A stretch of 64,000 nt of DNA from Vitrella brassicaformis CCMP3155 (Eukaryota > Protista > Chromerida). The notes below the pieces were generated by a model that saw only the letters and a program-made list of their open reading frames with translations, did no database searches and had not been told where the DNA came from. Of the stretch, positions 27,136 through 40,132 are shown piece after piece (within the stretch, counting starts at the first letter, position 1; each line of letters begins with the position of its first letter). The stretch lies in the NCBI GenBank assembly GCA_001179505.1, contig CDMY01000333.1:52294-116293 (forward strand), in the 5' to 3' direction. The translations under genes were made by a program, and so were the position numbers.

Positions 27136-27666
27136 TCATCTGCTGCTGGCGCCGTGGTCATAGCTGCCGGGCAGCTTGAAGGTCTTGGTGAGCGGCATGA
27201 CCTTCTCGCGCATCAGTCCGATGATGGGCATGGTGCGGTACTTGAGCCGCAAAGTCACATTCCTGTCCCGCAGGTAGTCTTCCCCCTTGAGGACGTACTC
27301 AACCTGCTCGCTGCTGAGGCTGAGCACCGAGTCGTCCACCGTCTCGATGATCTTGTCCCAGACGGTGACCTCGTTGCGCTTGTGCTTGCTCGTGACGTAG
27401 GACGCCGTGAGGTAGACGAAGAGCTGCTTGAGGTTCCAGTGGAACTCGGAGGAGAGGTCCGCCTCCATGTTGAAGGAGAAGACGGCCTGGTCGCCCTGCC
27501 GCGTGTTTCGGATGGGGAAGACCTTCTCCACCTCGAGCACATCCATCCGCGGCGTCGGGTCAAACATCACATAGGCCGACAGGTGGTTGAGCACGGCGAA
27601 GAAGGCGAGGCAGCTCAGGAAGCTGCAAAACAGCGTGTTGGCGCGAGTCGACAGTGTTTCCATCAT
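27136..27666 (-). CDS. SPCS3: signal peptidase complex subunit 3 (SPC22/23), intronless CDS
   Basis: METLSTRANTLF...ADLSSEFHWNLKQLFVYLTASY...NEVTVWDKII...VTLRLKYRTMPIIG matches the SPC22 signature. Confidence 0.93.
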   Translation of the reverse strand: MMETLSTRANTLFCSFLSCLAFFAVLNHLSAYVMFDPTPRMDVLEVEKVFPIRNTRQGDQAVFSFNMEADLSSEFHWNLKQLFVYLTASYVTSKHKRNEVTVWDKIIETVDDSVLSLSSEQVEYVLKGEDYLRDRNVTLRLKYRTMPIIGLMREKVMPLTKTFKLPGSYDHGASSR

Positions 27667-27911
27667 CTTGGTCGACAATGTCTGTGGGCTTTCCACACAC
27701 ACACACAATGCACAGACTCTTGCCGCCAGTCGCAGTGACCGACAAAACCGCTGCGTCCCTGCACAGACAGCCACAGGAGCCAACACGTGGACAGCGCAAT
27801 CCTTCAGAAATCAGATAGATTGATGATCATTCGGCTCCTGCATGGTTGCCCACCTGCAGGGATGTGCTCACAGGCTCGAAATGGCTTCAGATCTCGCGAG
27901 TCGACCCACCT

Positions 27912-27931
27912 GCGAGCTCAGATCTGAGACG
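27912..27931 (+). promoter_or_regulatory. GCGAGCTCAG plus TGAGACG motifs between SPCS3 and the DUF458 gene
   Basis: gcgagctcagatctgagacg. TGAGACG matches the known Toxoplasma WGAGACG promoter element. Confidence 0.45.
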
Positions 27932-28021
27932 TCCATCATTTGATTGAAGCAGCAGGAGCAGGAGGCTGGTGTGCTTGAGAGATCTCAAGTGGACGGCGGC
28001 CGCCCAAGCGTGGCGTCGGCC

Positions 28022-29366
28022 ATGTTACTGCAGCAGTCATCTCCCTCCCTGCCAATGAAGTGGCTTTCGCAGCTCTCGACAGCCGTCATCCTTCCCATTG
28101 TGGCGCTGCTGGCGGCCCTCGTCCTTGCAGCCGCATCCCGTGGGAGCAGGGACGCGTCGTTTGCCTCGCCTTGTGGGCGGCCGCGGCGGCCAAACGTGCT
28201 GCGGATGAAGGCCTCGTGGTCGCCCAAAGTGCGGCATCGGTACCTGAAGGAGTACCTCGATAGGGGAGAACACACACGCGTCGATTGGGTTGAGAGAGGG
28301 TACGGTTTTAACGGTGCGATGTGATGAGTCTTCTGACTGTCTGTCTGTCTGTGTGTTTGTTTGTGTGGTGTCTGTCAGGTGGATCACCCCCAAGGGTCCC
28401 AGGAGTTATTCGAGCATGATAGACGAGATCAGGGGCTCCAGGGAGAGGAACCCGACGCTCGAGGTGCACGTCGGCAGCGACTCTCAGGTCAGGCAGTGTG
28501 GCAGGCAGCCACCGTGGCCAACCACAACCACACCCACTCGCACAGCACGCACCGCTGCAAGCAGATCCATCCCTTCATTGGATGGGATGGGATGGCATAT
28601 CTGATTGATTTGATTTGATTTGATTCAGGTTCACGGTCCTTTGGTTGTGTTTGCGACGGCCATTTGTCTGTACTCGCCTGGCAACGGCGCACGCTACTAC
28701 GCCGCTAAGGAGGTCTTCCCCTCTCTCCACTTCCCAGCACTCGCCGTCCGGCTGCTGCGGGAAGTGCAAAACACGGTGGGTGCGGTGCGCAAGTCCATCC
28801 ATCCATCCATTTATTCGTCGGCCTCCCTCTGTTTGTTTCTGTGCGTGTGTGCAGGTTGAGGTGGCCGAGTGCGTCAAGACGTCTTTGGCTGACGTGTTTG
28901 AGAGTTTGGAAGATGACGAGGAGGCGCTGTCGCTGGAGGAGTGCTCCCAAGGCATCACACTGCATGTCGACTGCTCAAGAAACCCTAGTCAGTCAAAGAA
29001 AGTCGGAGAGGCCCACGAAGGCCATGAGCGGCTGTTCGTTCATTCGTCTCTCTGTCTGGTCTGTCTGTCTGTCTGTCTTTCTCTGTCTCTGTCTCTGTTC
29101 TGTGTGTGTGTGTGTGTGTGTCTGTGTAGGGACTAAGAGCAGCACAGCGAGCAGAATGCTGACGGGATACATCGAAGGATTTGGATACCCTGTGAGCGAA
29201 CACTCCCGACTCAACAGACAGAAGCATTGACTGGTTGACTTCCGGTCTCTTTGTTTGTGTGTAGTATCGGGTGAAGCCCGACTCGTGGGCGGCGTGGGTG
29301 GCTGATCGTTTCACTGGGCGGTATAACCCCCACAGCCTCCTTGGGGAGAACCTGGGACGCACATAG
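28022..29366 (+). CDS. DUF458/YkuK RNase H-like protein with N-terminal signal peptide plus transit-like peptide
   Basis: Spliced: LEVHVGSDSQ|VHGPLVVFATAICL...GARYY...RLLREVQNT|VEVAE...ITLHVD...|GTKSSTASRMLTGYIEGFGYP|YRVKPDSWAAWVADR. All introns are GT-AG and in frame. Confidence 0.8.
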
Positions 29367-30933
29367 CGCGGCAATGAGGGAGGCAGGGAAGCGGCCCTTT
29401 GTTTTAAGCGACCAGATCGCAGCCCAGCGCAGATGTGATGTGGTCGTTCTTCCGTTTCCTCCCCTCTCTCAGTGCCTACATGAGTTGATGGATGGATGGA
29501 TGTGTGTGTGTGTGTACAAGGCCCGCCAGCCATAGACAGAGGCAACAGTTTTGGTATATCCCGCCAAGCCAAGCCAAGCCACTTGATTGCTTTCCTTTTC
29601 CTCCCTTCATCGCTTCATCGGCCTGTCTGTCTTTCCTCCGTCCGTACGTGTCTGTCTGGTTTGTCTGTCAGCCAGTCTAGCGCTGCTTGCTTGCCTATGT
29701 CCGTGCCGTGCCTCCTCCCCTCCCCTCCCCTCCCTCTCCGTATATATCGAGTGGTGGGTGTCTGAATGGGTGTAGTGTAGGTCTCAGTTTTGTGTAGTGA
29801 AGTCAGTCAGACGGCTGGATGTGTGCGCCTGTCTGCTGTAGTGATTGGAGTGAGTATGAGTGTACAGATGAGAGGAGGGAGGGAGGGGTGAGGAGAGCTG
29901 GGAGCTGTCTGTCTGTCTGTATTTGTATCCGAGGGAGGGTGATCCAAGGGGAGTGAGAGCAGTAGGGCGGGAGGGAGGGAGGGAGGGAGGGTGTCATCGA
30001 GGATGCAGCAAGGCAGGAGGGATACTTTATGAGTCGAGTCGAGTGGGTCGATCGGAGGATTCCTGTCTGTCTGTCTCTTATGTATCGCTCTGCTCGTATG
30101 TATGTGTACCATATATCCTAATTTCCCTCGTGAGTGTCTAGGGGATTCTTTTGCCACCGGTGCAGTGCACAGACAGGGCATTTTTCGGTAGGTACAGACA
30201 GACAGGGGCAGTTTTGACGAGAGGAGATGAATGGAATGCATTGCAAGGGGAGATTTTCCTACTCACCCACCCTTTGAACCGCCGCCATGTGCGCCCCGCC
30301 CCCCCTTGTAGATACGAAAAACTCTCACCGAATGCATTGCGTGGGGTAGTGTATGTATGTATGAGTGTGTGTATAATGAATGGCTATGTGTGTGACACTC
30401 TCCTGACATGCCGACATGGGGACATGTGGTCAATTAGACCTCTCACTGTGTGCCTGTGTGTGTGTGGGGTGGGGGCACCAGTCAATGACCCGGTGTCGGT
30501 CATCCAATCGGAGGAAGGAGATAGACCACACCAACAGGAAAAGGGGGATGGATGGACGCCCACACGACGCGACACGAGTCAGTCGACACGAGTCACTCAC
30601 GCACTTACGCACACTATGCTGGCTGCATCGCATCCATACGCACACACAGAGACACAGAAAACATCCACTCGTCCGGTGTGGTGACCCGCTGAACATCATG
30701 ACGGAGAAAATGCCCCGCGGGTGGAGGCGTTCGTCGTCCACCATCCAGTCCATGAAGGCGACCTGCGGTTGGCCGGCCGGTCGCATCCCACTGCACCGCA
30801 TCTCTCTCCCTTACTAAACACTCACTCACACACGCGCCGCCACGACAAATCACAACACACACGGAGATGCGACAGACAAGCAAGTGCACCACACCACACC
30901 ACGCCACACCACCCCGCGCACAGCAACAACCTG

Positions 30934-33926
30934 TCAGCTCCTGACAGCCCCTCGCCGCTCCGCCGACGTGGTCTGCGTCTTCAGGGCAGAGTCGGACACC
31001 AACTAAACACACACACAGCCCACACACATTCTCTCTCTCTCTCTCTCTCTGTGTGTGTGAGTGTGTGGCTGACCTTTGGCCTGGCGGCTTTGGATGTGTG
31101 CGGCAGTTCCCGCAGGTCGTATCCCTTGTAGACCTGGAAGGGCCGCACGATGCGGTTCTCGGGGTCATCCTGGAACTCGTTCCTGGTGGACACACAAAGC
31201 ATCACACCACACCACACAGGCCACGCACATCCACGACTGGCTGACCGACCAGTGTGCGAGCCATCCGGCGATTCGCGGGATGGTGAAGAGAATGGGGAAG
31301 AAATCAGTCGGAAACCCCATCGCCTGGTGAGTGAAGAGACATCCAATCAGATCAATCAATCACTCAGCAGCTCGAGAATCGAGGACATGCCTCCTGAATG
31401 AATGAGTGTGTGTGTATGAGTGTTGGCCCATCCATACCTTGTAGATGAGCCCCGAGTAGAAGTCCACGTTGGGGTACAGCTTGCGCTTCACAAAGTAATC
31501 GTCCTGACGCACACACACACACACACACCCGTCGACCATATCCGCCCGTGTCTGTGTTGGTCCCTCACGCACGTTGAGCGCCCGTTTCTCGAGCTCGATG
31601 GCGACCTCGATCATGGGCTCGCGACCCAATACCTCGAACACCTCCTCGGCGACCTGACAGCCAGGCCGCCATCACCAACACCAACAGCAGCCAGCACGAC
31701 GCCCCGCCCCCATGTGTGTCTTGTCTGCCTGTCACAGCTGTGTGTGTGGACGGCCGCACGCACGCATCAAACGCACCCACCGTTCTGATGATTCTTGCGC
31801 GTGGGTCGTAGCTACGGTAGACGCGGTGGCCGAAACCCATCAGCAGCTCCTGAGAGAGAGAGAGAGAGAGAGAGAGGTCAATCAAGCAGAGAGGAGAGAT
31901 GTGTGGATGGGTTTGAAGGATGGGATAGATGCTCTTGTCGACATATGTCATGCCCACCTCTCGCTTCTTGACTCGATCGAGGAAGGAAGGGATATTCTCA
32001 ACCCTTATCGATATATAATGCACACACGACAAGCAGACCTCTTCGCCCCGCCCCTTGACTTGGTGTGATCGGCCTTTGCTCACTTTCCGATTTTCTCGAG
32101 CATTCGCACCACGGCCTCGTTCGCACCCTACACACACACACACACACACACACACAAGTGAGCGCGTAGACGGACAGGCGCCTCCTACCCAGCATAGCCC
32201 CCCACCCCCCACCGCCCCTGACGTACCCCGTGTCGTGGGCCATAGAGAGCGCCCGTTGCCCCAGCAATGGTGGTGTACACCTGGATGGATGGACGAGGGA
32301 AGGAAGGACAGAGCAGACAGACACACACCAATGAATGGGTCTTGTCTTGTCTTGTCTGGCCTTGTCTTACTTACGTCGACGTTGGATGACGCCAGGTGTC
32401 GCGTTGCAGATGTACTGCAGTTCAACTCGTGCTGTCACAGACAGACAGACAGACAGACAGACAGCGGTCCGCCTCCGACCCACACCCCTCCTCCTCCTCT
32501 CCCCTCCCCTCTGCTCACCTCAGCGTGAAGGATGAACAGCACATCCAACGCCTGCATGATGCACACCACACAGATACAGAAAATGACAATACGCGCTTGC
32601 TCGCTGCTCCGCCCCTCTTGTCTCGTCCGTCTCTGTGCGTTTGTTTCGCTGACTGACCCTGACGAGTTTCGGGTGAGGTCTGAATGGGTTTGACGGGTGG
32701 CTTGGGGCGTCCAGCATGTACAAGAAGTTCCCGGTGAAGCCCAACGACTCGTTGGGCGGAATGAACGACCCACCAGTGCGGTGCCTAAACACACACAACC
32801 ACCACACATTTCCTTCCTGCACTAAGTAAGTATACTTCCTTTGTGGCTGGCCCACCCCACCCGGCCTCCAGCCAATCTAACCTGAGGATGAGCGCGCCGA
32901 TGGTGGTGGCGCCGCCCAGGATGCGAAGCATATGCCGATTCCGCACTGACACATCCTACAACACCACACCCCCACATCATGACAAGAGAGAGCCGCGGCT
33001 GTCCATCCATCCATCCATCCATCCACAGCCACACACGCACGTCACGTGCCTTGTAGATGCCCTGTCCAGCAAGGGCGGGGTTGCCCTCTGGGTGGAGAGT
33101 GCCGAGGTTGGCCAGTGCGGCGATGAAGATGCCCATGGGGTGGGCGTCGTGGCGGTGGGCGCGGATGACCGACTTGACGTCCTCGTGAAGATTCGCGTGG
33201 CTCAACAAACTGGATGATCAGACAGACAGACAGCCGTATTGCGGTTGTGATGGAATGGTGGTTCTTTCTTCTGCTCGCTTCGCTCACCCCTTTGTGAATC
33301 GGTCCAGCTGGTCGGCGGAGGGCAGCTCGCCGTACCACAAGAGAAAGGCAATCTGCAACAGACACACAACCAGACAACCAGACAGACAGGCAGATCGATC
33401 ACCACTCCCCTCTCCCGGCCTCCTCTCCTCCAGTAGTGAGTGTGTGAGTCAGCCACCTCTTCCATGGTGGTCCTCTCAGCGAGTTGTTCGATGGGGTATC
33501 CCCTGTATCTGAGAATGCCCTTGCCGCCGTCGATGAAGGAGATGCGGGAGGTGCACGCGCAGGTGTTGGTGTAGCCGGGGTCGTACGACTGCAGGATCGT
33601 CCCGTCCGAGTCCTTGATCTGCTTCAGGTCCACTGCCTTGATCGTGTTGTCCTGCACAGACACCTCGTACTTGCGACCTGTAATCGCTCACCCCAGTGGC
33701 AGACAGACACACAGACACAGAGATAGAGAGATAGATGGGTAGAGGATGAATCATTTGGATGAGGCGGAAGCGTGCTGTCCTTTCTTCAATTGCTCTGACT
33801 CCCTCCCCTCCCTCGTGTGTGACGCGACACACCTGTTCTGTTGTCGACGATGGTGAGGGTCTCCCTGATGGGCGCAGGGGATGCGCCCGCATGGAAGTGG
33901 CCGCTGATCACACTCAAACGATCCAT
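30934..33926 (-). CDS. citrate synthase, peroxisomal/glyoxysomal (bacterial-like) type with PTS2
   Basis: [43 protein letters not shown]|[15 protein letters not shown]|[40 protein letters not shown]; N-terminus [11 protein letters not shown]. Confidence 0.93.
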
Positions 33927-34468
33927 GGTTGTGCTTTGTTGCTTTATACCCTTGCCCCTTTCCCTTTCCTTCTCCCTTTCGCCCTGCGAGCTTTTTCTGC
34001 GAGCTTGAGTGAGAGACCTCTCCTCCTTGGCGGATCTCTTCAGGAGGCGCAGCACGCAGGGCCACCCGACGCTATACCCGCTGCCCGCCTCCATCTATCT
34101 TCATCCTCCCTATCCCCTCCCTCTTTGTTTGACCAACCGACCAGTGGCAGCGATGCTGTGAGGCACCCAGACCCCACCCGCTACACTATCGCATCGCATC
34201 CCTCCCTCCCCGGACCTGATCGCATCGCACCCGACCGAGCGACCGCGGCTTCCATCCCATCGCTGTCTGTCGGTCGCGCATGTCATGTCACGACCGTCCG
34301 GCTGTCTGTCTGTCTGACCTTTTTCGGTGTGTGTCCTATTGATTTGTTTATTGAGGACTGAGGACTGACTGAGGACACTGCAGTCATCCATCCACTATGT
34401 GTTGGAGTCCGCTTCCCTCGTCTGATTCATCGCTGCGAGTGACCGCATCTTGTTATCGTCGAGTGTAG

Positions 34469-37400
34469 ATGATGCCTGGTGGACACGATATCGGCTCATC
34501 TCTCTCTGGCCATGATCGCACCGCCCCCTTCCTCAACCCCCCTCTCCCGCCCCCGCCGTCGCTCCCACCACCGCCTCCCCCCTCACAGGCACACAATGCC
34601 CCGCAGTGGGGGGGACACTCCCTCTCCCTCCCGCCAGTCATCCCGCCCCCTGGAGCGTCCCCTGTCGCTGGTGGTGCTGGTGGCTTAGCGTCGTTCGGCG
34701 GTGTGGGGCAGATGAAGACGGTCCGCGAGCGGAAGCTGCTGATACGTGACCGTCTGATCCACCTCTTGCGGAGCCGGGACAACCGGAGCCTCAGCTTCCG
34801 CAGCGTGGGCAACGACGAGAAGATCAAGACCTGGTGCAAGAAGCTCAAGCTCCTCTACGTCATCCAGTCCTTCCCCGAGTGCTTCGAGGTCACCAAGGAG
34901 GAGAGCAACTGCTACTTCGTCAGGCTCAAGCCGGACAGCATTGGCGGTGGGCCTGGTGGTGCTGGGGGTGCTGGTGGCGTGTCTGACGTCATGACGCCGC
35001 TCAACACCAGTGCGTCGGCTGCCACACCCATCGGTAACCAAACACCCACACCCAGACAGACAGATAGACAGACAGACCATAGAGACTCTGCACTGTGTGT
35101 GTCCGGGAGTGCAGGTGGTTCGTCGCCCCGTCCGCCCCCGCCCCCTCCCCCGCTCCCCCTGCACCCGTCAGCTGCAGGCGACCTCACCTCCAGGTCCGCG
35201 GCATACATGGCGGCCTCCCACTCCCACACATACCACGCCTCCCTCACTCCCACACCCAACAGCGGCCGATTCGCCCACCACCACCACCACCACCAGCATC
35301 AGCAGTACGGCCATGGCAACGGGTCGCTGACGACGCCAGCTGCGGGCTGCTACTCGTCGGCGACGCTGATGGGTGTGGGGATGGGTGTGGGTGGGTATTC
35401 GTCTCCGCACCACGTGCTGATGGGTCTGAGTGCGGCCGTGGGTGACATCCCTCAGTGGAGGACGTTCAGGAGCCTCAAGAAATTCATCAAATGGGGGTCG
35501 CATGTGTCCAATCGTAAGTGCCGATCGGGGGCGGGTGTGGGGCGGTGACGTGGGTGGGACGATGGACGGACGCATTGTGTGTGTGTATGTGTGTGTTGGT
35601 GTGCCTGTGTGTGTGCTTAGGTGATAGTGTGTCTGTTGATAATCCTGTGAAGGTCGCAGGTCTTGTGGGTATCGGGCGGGAATACGAGAAGGACCGCATC
35701 TTCGACTCTTACACGGCCGCTCTCACTTACCTCAGAAAACGGTATTTGCCACACACACACACACACACTCGCCAGGTGTCACCCTCCCGACACACACCCC
35801 TCTCTCCGCTATAATGTCCTCCCTGCTGCAGTCGTGGTCTGCTGACGCGTCTCCGGCGCGACATCCGAGCTGGTCTGGACCTGAGCCACGTGCTGCGGAC
35901 AGCGGCCCTGCTCAGCCAGGTCGACAGCAGCGACCGGCTGGACCTCACCCAACGCCACCAGCACCATCATGGTGCTGTTCCCGGCGCCATCAGCACCCCC
36001 TCGGGTGTGGGGGGCGTGATGCATGGCGGTGTTTGTGGTGGTGTTGATGGCGATGAGGAGGTGCCCGAGTGGCTGGACTGGACTGGCGATGACATGGATG
36101 AGGAGTGGCGGACGCCGTTGCGGATCGATGTCGATAGAAATGAGGTCAGGCGCAAACAGAGGGAGGGAAGGAGGGAGGGAGGGTGGGATGGATGGATGGA
36201 TGGGTGTGTGTGGTGTGGTTGGTGTCGTTGTGCGAACAGATCCCCCCTGGGCTAGAGCTGGTGCTGCAGGCCATCGAGCACGAGTTCACCGCCGACTCAG
36301 ACGAAGATGACTCGCACATCCCCGTCCCAGTCCCAATCCCCCCGCCCCCACCCACGCCGCCCCCGCCATCACAACCGCCTCCACCACACCAACACTACCC
36401 ACACCCCATCGCCGTGGAGCGACACTCCAGCGCCACCACCATCAGCTCGGTGGCCTCATCCACCCCGCCCCTCCTTCACGACCACAAGCCACCCCTGCAG
36501 CTGCCCAAGCTCGGTGGCCACCCCTACCCACACACACACACGCCCATGCCCACACCCAAGACCCCTCACACGCCCTTCACTCCCGGTACGGCTGCGGGGT
36601 GCCCCTCCTGGCTCGACAGCCTCTGGGGCGGAGTGGGCGACCGCCTCGACACCCTCACCGAGGCGGGCGACTGGGCGGCCGACATCCATATGGACGACAG
36701 CGCCTCATGCGAGCCGATCCCCAGGGGATGTCAGACGGCCACCCACGCCACGTATGTCGCACACGCCTACTCCCACCCTCCACCGCCGGCAACACCCACT
36801 CCCAGCAAACAGCCCGCCTACACGCCTCGCGCACTGCCCCCGTTTGTCGCAGAGGAGTCGATATGGACGCCCGGCAACTCGTCGCTGCGTCATGCTGCCC
36901 GCACGCCGTTGTCTTCGCCCCCGCCCCCTGGCTTTGAGGACGCAGTGCCCGAGGAGACGGGCAGCATCGACAGCGAGGCGACGAGCGGCAGCCGGGGCAG
37001 CAGAGGGATGTCCATGTCGATGATGGGCGGGGGGCCGGCTGCTGCCGACCCGCTGGGCATGGCGAGGGAGCAGCTGGAGAGAGAGAGGAAGAGAGAGACG
37101 GAGGGGACTGTCGGGATGGATGTGTTGCGTCTGCCGATTGCCGACCGGCATCTCGTGTCTGGTGGTGGTGGTGCTGCTGGTGGTGGTGCTGGCGTGGTCG
37201 TTGACCTCAACGGCACCATGGAGGCGCACCGCGCGGCCGTGACCAACTCTCCCGACATCATGACTATGACTTCGCACACTGAGACGGAGACGGCCAGCGA
37301 CCACGGCTCGGGTGTGGGCTCTGAGGGCAACAAGGCGAGCCGGAGGGACCATTGCCGCCATCCATCCATCCCCTCCCACACCCACACCCACAGCCAGCAC

Positions 37401-37679
37401 AAGAAGCACCTCCGTGTCCGCTTCAAGGAGCCGGAGAGCTCCCACAACTACGAGCCGCCCTCGTGCAGCACGTCGTCCACCGGTGCGCTGTCCGACGATC
37501 CGCCGCTGTCGCCGCCGATGATGGACCTGGAGGACAGCGCGTCCTCCGACGACGGGGTGGGGGTATGTGGCCATGGCCATGGCCATGGCAGCCACGTGAC
37601 CATGAGGCATGGGGGTCTGGTGCCCTTCAAGCGCCTGTTGCTGGATGAGATGCCGACCGAGGCTGGCTGTCGGCGGTAG
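34469..37679 (+). CDS. hypothetical low-complexity protein with a small globular winged-helix/LOTUS-like domain
   Basis: Long exons 34469-35033 and 36239-37679. The globular block LLIRDRLIHLLRSRDNRSLSFRSVGNDEKIKTWCKKLKLLYVIQSFPECFEV...VRL lies among Pro/His/Ser-rich tracts. Confidence 0.55.
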
Positions 37680-37699
37680 AGAGAGATGGGCTGATGGAG

Positions 37700-39147
37700 C
37701 GGTGGGAGGGGTGGGAAGGGAAGGTTTTATCCTTTTTGTTTGTGTGTGTGTGTGGGTGCGGCGGTTCGTGTCGTGGGTGTGCACTCACTGGCTATCTGTC
37801 CTGGTCTGTCTGTTGGTCCGTCCGGTCCTATCGCAACCTGTGTATGTGTGTGGACGTGTATGTGTATGTGTCTGTGTCTGTGTCCCCCTGCGTATGTGTC
37901 TTTTTCTGAACCACGTATGGGGGTCGTCGTCGGTCTGTCTATCTATCTGGCTATGTGGGGTGGATGGCGTCTGTCTGACGAGTATTTGGAAGCGACAAGG
38001 AGGAGAGGAATGAGACCTTTTTGGCCGGCCGGACAACTGGGAGTTTATAACAAACATAGATACCGTCACATCTTGACCTGCCTGCCTGACTGACTGCATG
38101 CCTGTCGGCCTCTCGTGGGGGGGAATCGGATCGGGGATGCCTCTGGCATGCACATGGGTCGGCGAATGGATGGATGGATGGATGTGTGTGTGTGTCTGTC
38201 TGCCCACCAGACTGGTGAAGATGTGTGTGCGCGTGTGTGTGAGGGTACCCTTTTTCCATAAGGAGCTTCCTTCCGGACCAGACGAGACGAGATGAGACGA
38301 CAAGAGATGAGTGAGTTTAACCTGTCTGTTTGTGCTGTCTGTCCTGCCGACATGGAGGCCATGTATATCTATGTGTGTGGCGTGCCATGCCGGTGGCCTT
38401 TTTTGCATCATCCAGTGTCGTGTTGTGGTGTAATGTATTGTGTCTACATACACAGGGATGGTCGATGATGCATGGATTTGCGAGGGGCGGGACGGGTGCG
38501 CCACACACACACACACACACGCGGTCGCACCACGTCGATGGCTGGCTGGCTGGATGGATGGATGGATTGCCTGTCTGCCCGTGTGTGTGTGTGTGTGTGC
38601 GGAGCCCTTTGACACCCCCCTGCCGAATGTGTCTTACCCCCCGATGAGTGAGTAACGAGTGAATGGAATGCGTGTCTGTCTGTCTGAAATGCGATGCGTC
38701 CCGGCTGGCTGCCTGGCCATGGCTGGATGCGCAGCGCCCTCGTGTGTGTGTGTGTGTTAATGTCGTTTGGAATTGCGTGTCGTGTTTTATCAATGATTGC
38801 AGTGGTGTGCAGTGAGTGAGTTTATTGCATCGGCGTCTTTGTGGGCGGATGAGTGGACGGATGGATGGATGGATGGGTGGGTCGGTGTATAGCGTATAGA
38901 TCATAGAGAGCGGTATGGACAGATTGTAGACAGACGGAGGGATGCAATCCAATCCATTGCCTTGCACGCCGCCCTTTTCTAACCTTTCTAAGCCGCCCCG
39001 CCCCCGCCCCCGCCCCCACACGCACTTAACTTGAGTGACACTTGAGTGATACATACAAACCATCGCAGGGCTTTCCTTCTCCCATCCATCGTATACACAC
39101 ACACAACACAGAGGTAGCAGTACATCCGCCCTTATGTCTGCTTACCT

Positions 39148-39178
<31 letters not shown>

Positions 39179-39624
39179 CTTCCATTGCCTTTTTCCACAT
39201 ATACACAATGACTGCTGATGCAGGCAATAGTCGCCTCGTCCATTTTAATCAATGCTCACTGACTAACTGACTCAGTCACATGGACACATAGACACCACCC
39301 ACAATCACACCACCCCTGTCACGTCACACCTTCACACGTGCATCATATGCCTTGCCTTTTTTGCCTCCGCCTCCCTCACGACCGATCTCGGCCGCTGACG
39401 AATGACTGACTGAATGAGTGAATAAGGAAAGGTCTCCACCCCGCCCTCTCCCTCTCTGCGTGTGTGTATGTGTGTGTGCATGGCGGGTGCTGTGTGCATA
39501 AGGAGGGGGTGGGATGGGTGGGATGGGTGGGTGGGCGAGTTTGTTTTTGGCCTTTTTCACTGCCAGTGGGCAGTGCTGCAGACTGGTATGTTTGTTGGTG
39601 GATTTGATTTTGATTGACGACGAG

Positions 39625-39656
<32 letters not shown>

Positions 39657-39900
39657 AGTAAGTGGCGGGTCTCTCTGGCTACACGTCCATATAGCACGAG
39701 TAGCTGCCAGCGCCGATCGATGCTGTGTGTGGTGCTCGTCTGAGACGACTGACTTACCCAATAATGCCGTGTCACACACATTCATCTCAGCCAAGTCACA
39801 GTCTCATGGCTGCCGAAGAATGTCTGGCTGTCGTGGGTCCACCGCTCCATCGCACCTCTTGCGAGGCTGGACGGAACGACCGACACACGATCGCCTCGCT
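37700..39900. repeat. microsatellite-rich intergenic region ((GT)n, (GGAT)n, (CCTG)n, (GACA)n)
   Basis: Dense simple repeats with no coherent exons. Confidence 0.7.
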
Positions 39901-40132
39901 TCACCCACACAATCGGTCTGTCCTATGAACAACCCACTGACGACCGAGTCATTCTCATTCGACATTTGGATGATTCATCTGGCACTTTGCCGGAGAAAGC
40001 TGTCTTTGTGACCAGCGAGGTGTCTTTCTGCGCCCCTTCCCGTGCGCTTCCCCTCCTTCTAAACCTCCTCTTTCGCCGATCGCAAGCGCGCAGCAGAAAG
40101 GGCTGAAAAAGGAGAAGGGGGGAGGCGTTGTG

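Noticed and set aside
27136-27666. Intronless SPCS3 as a retrogene
   Set aside because: No poly-A tail or TSD, and other genes here (RFT1) also have very long exons.
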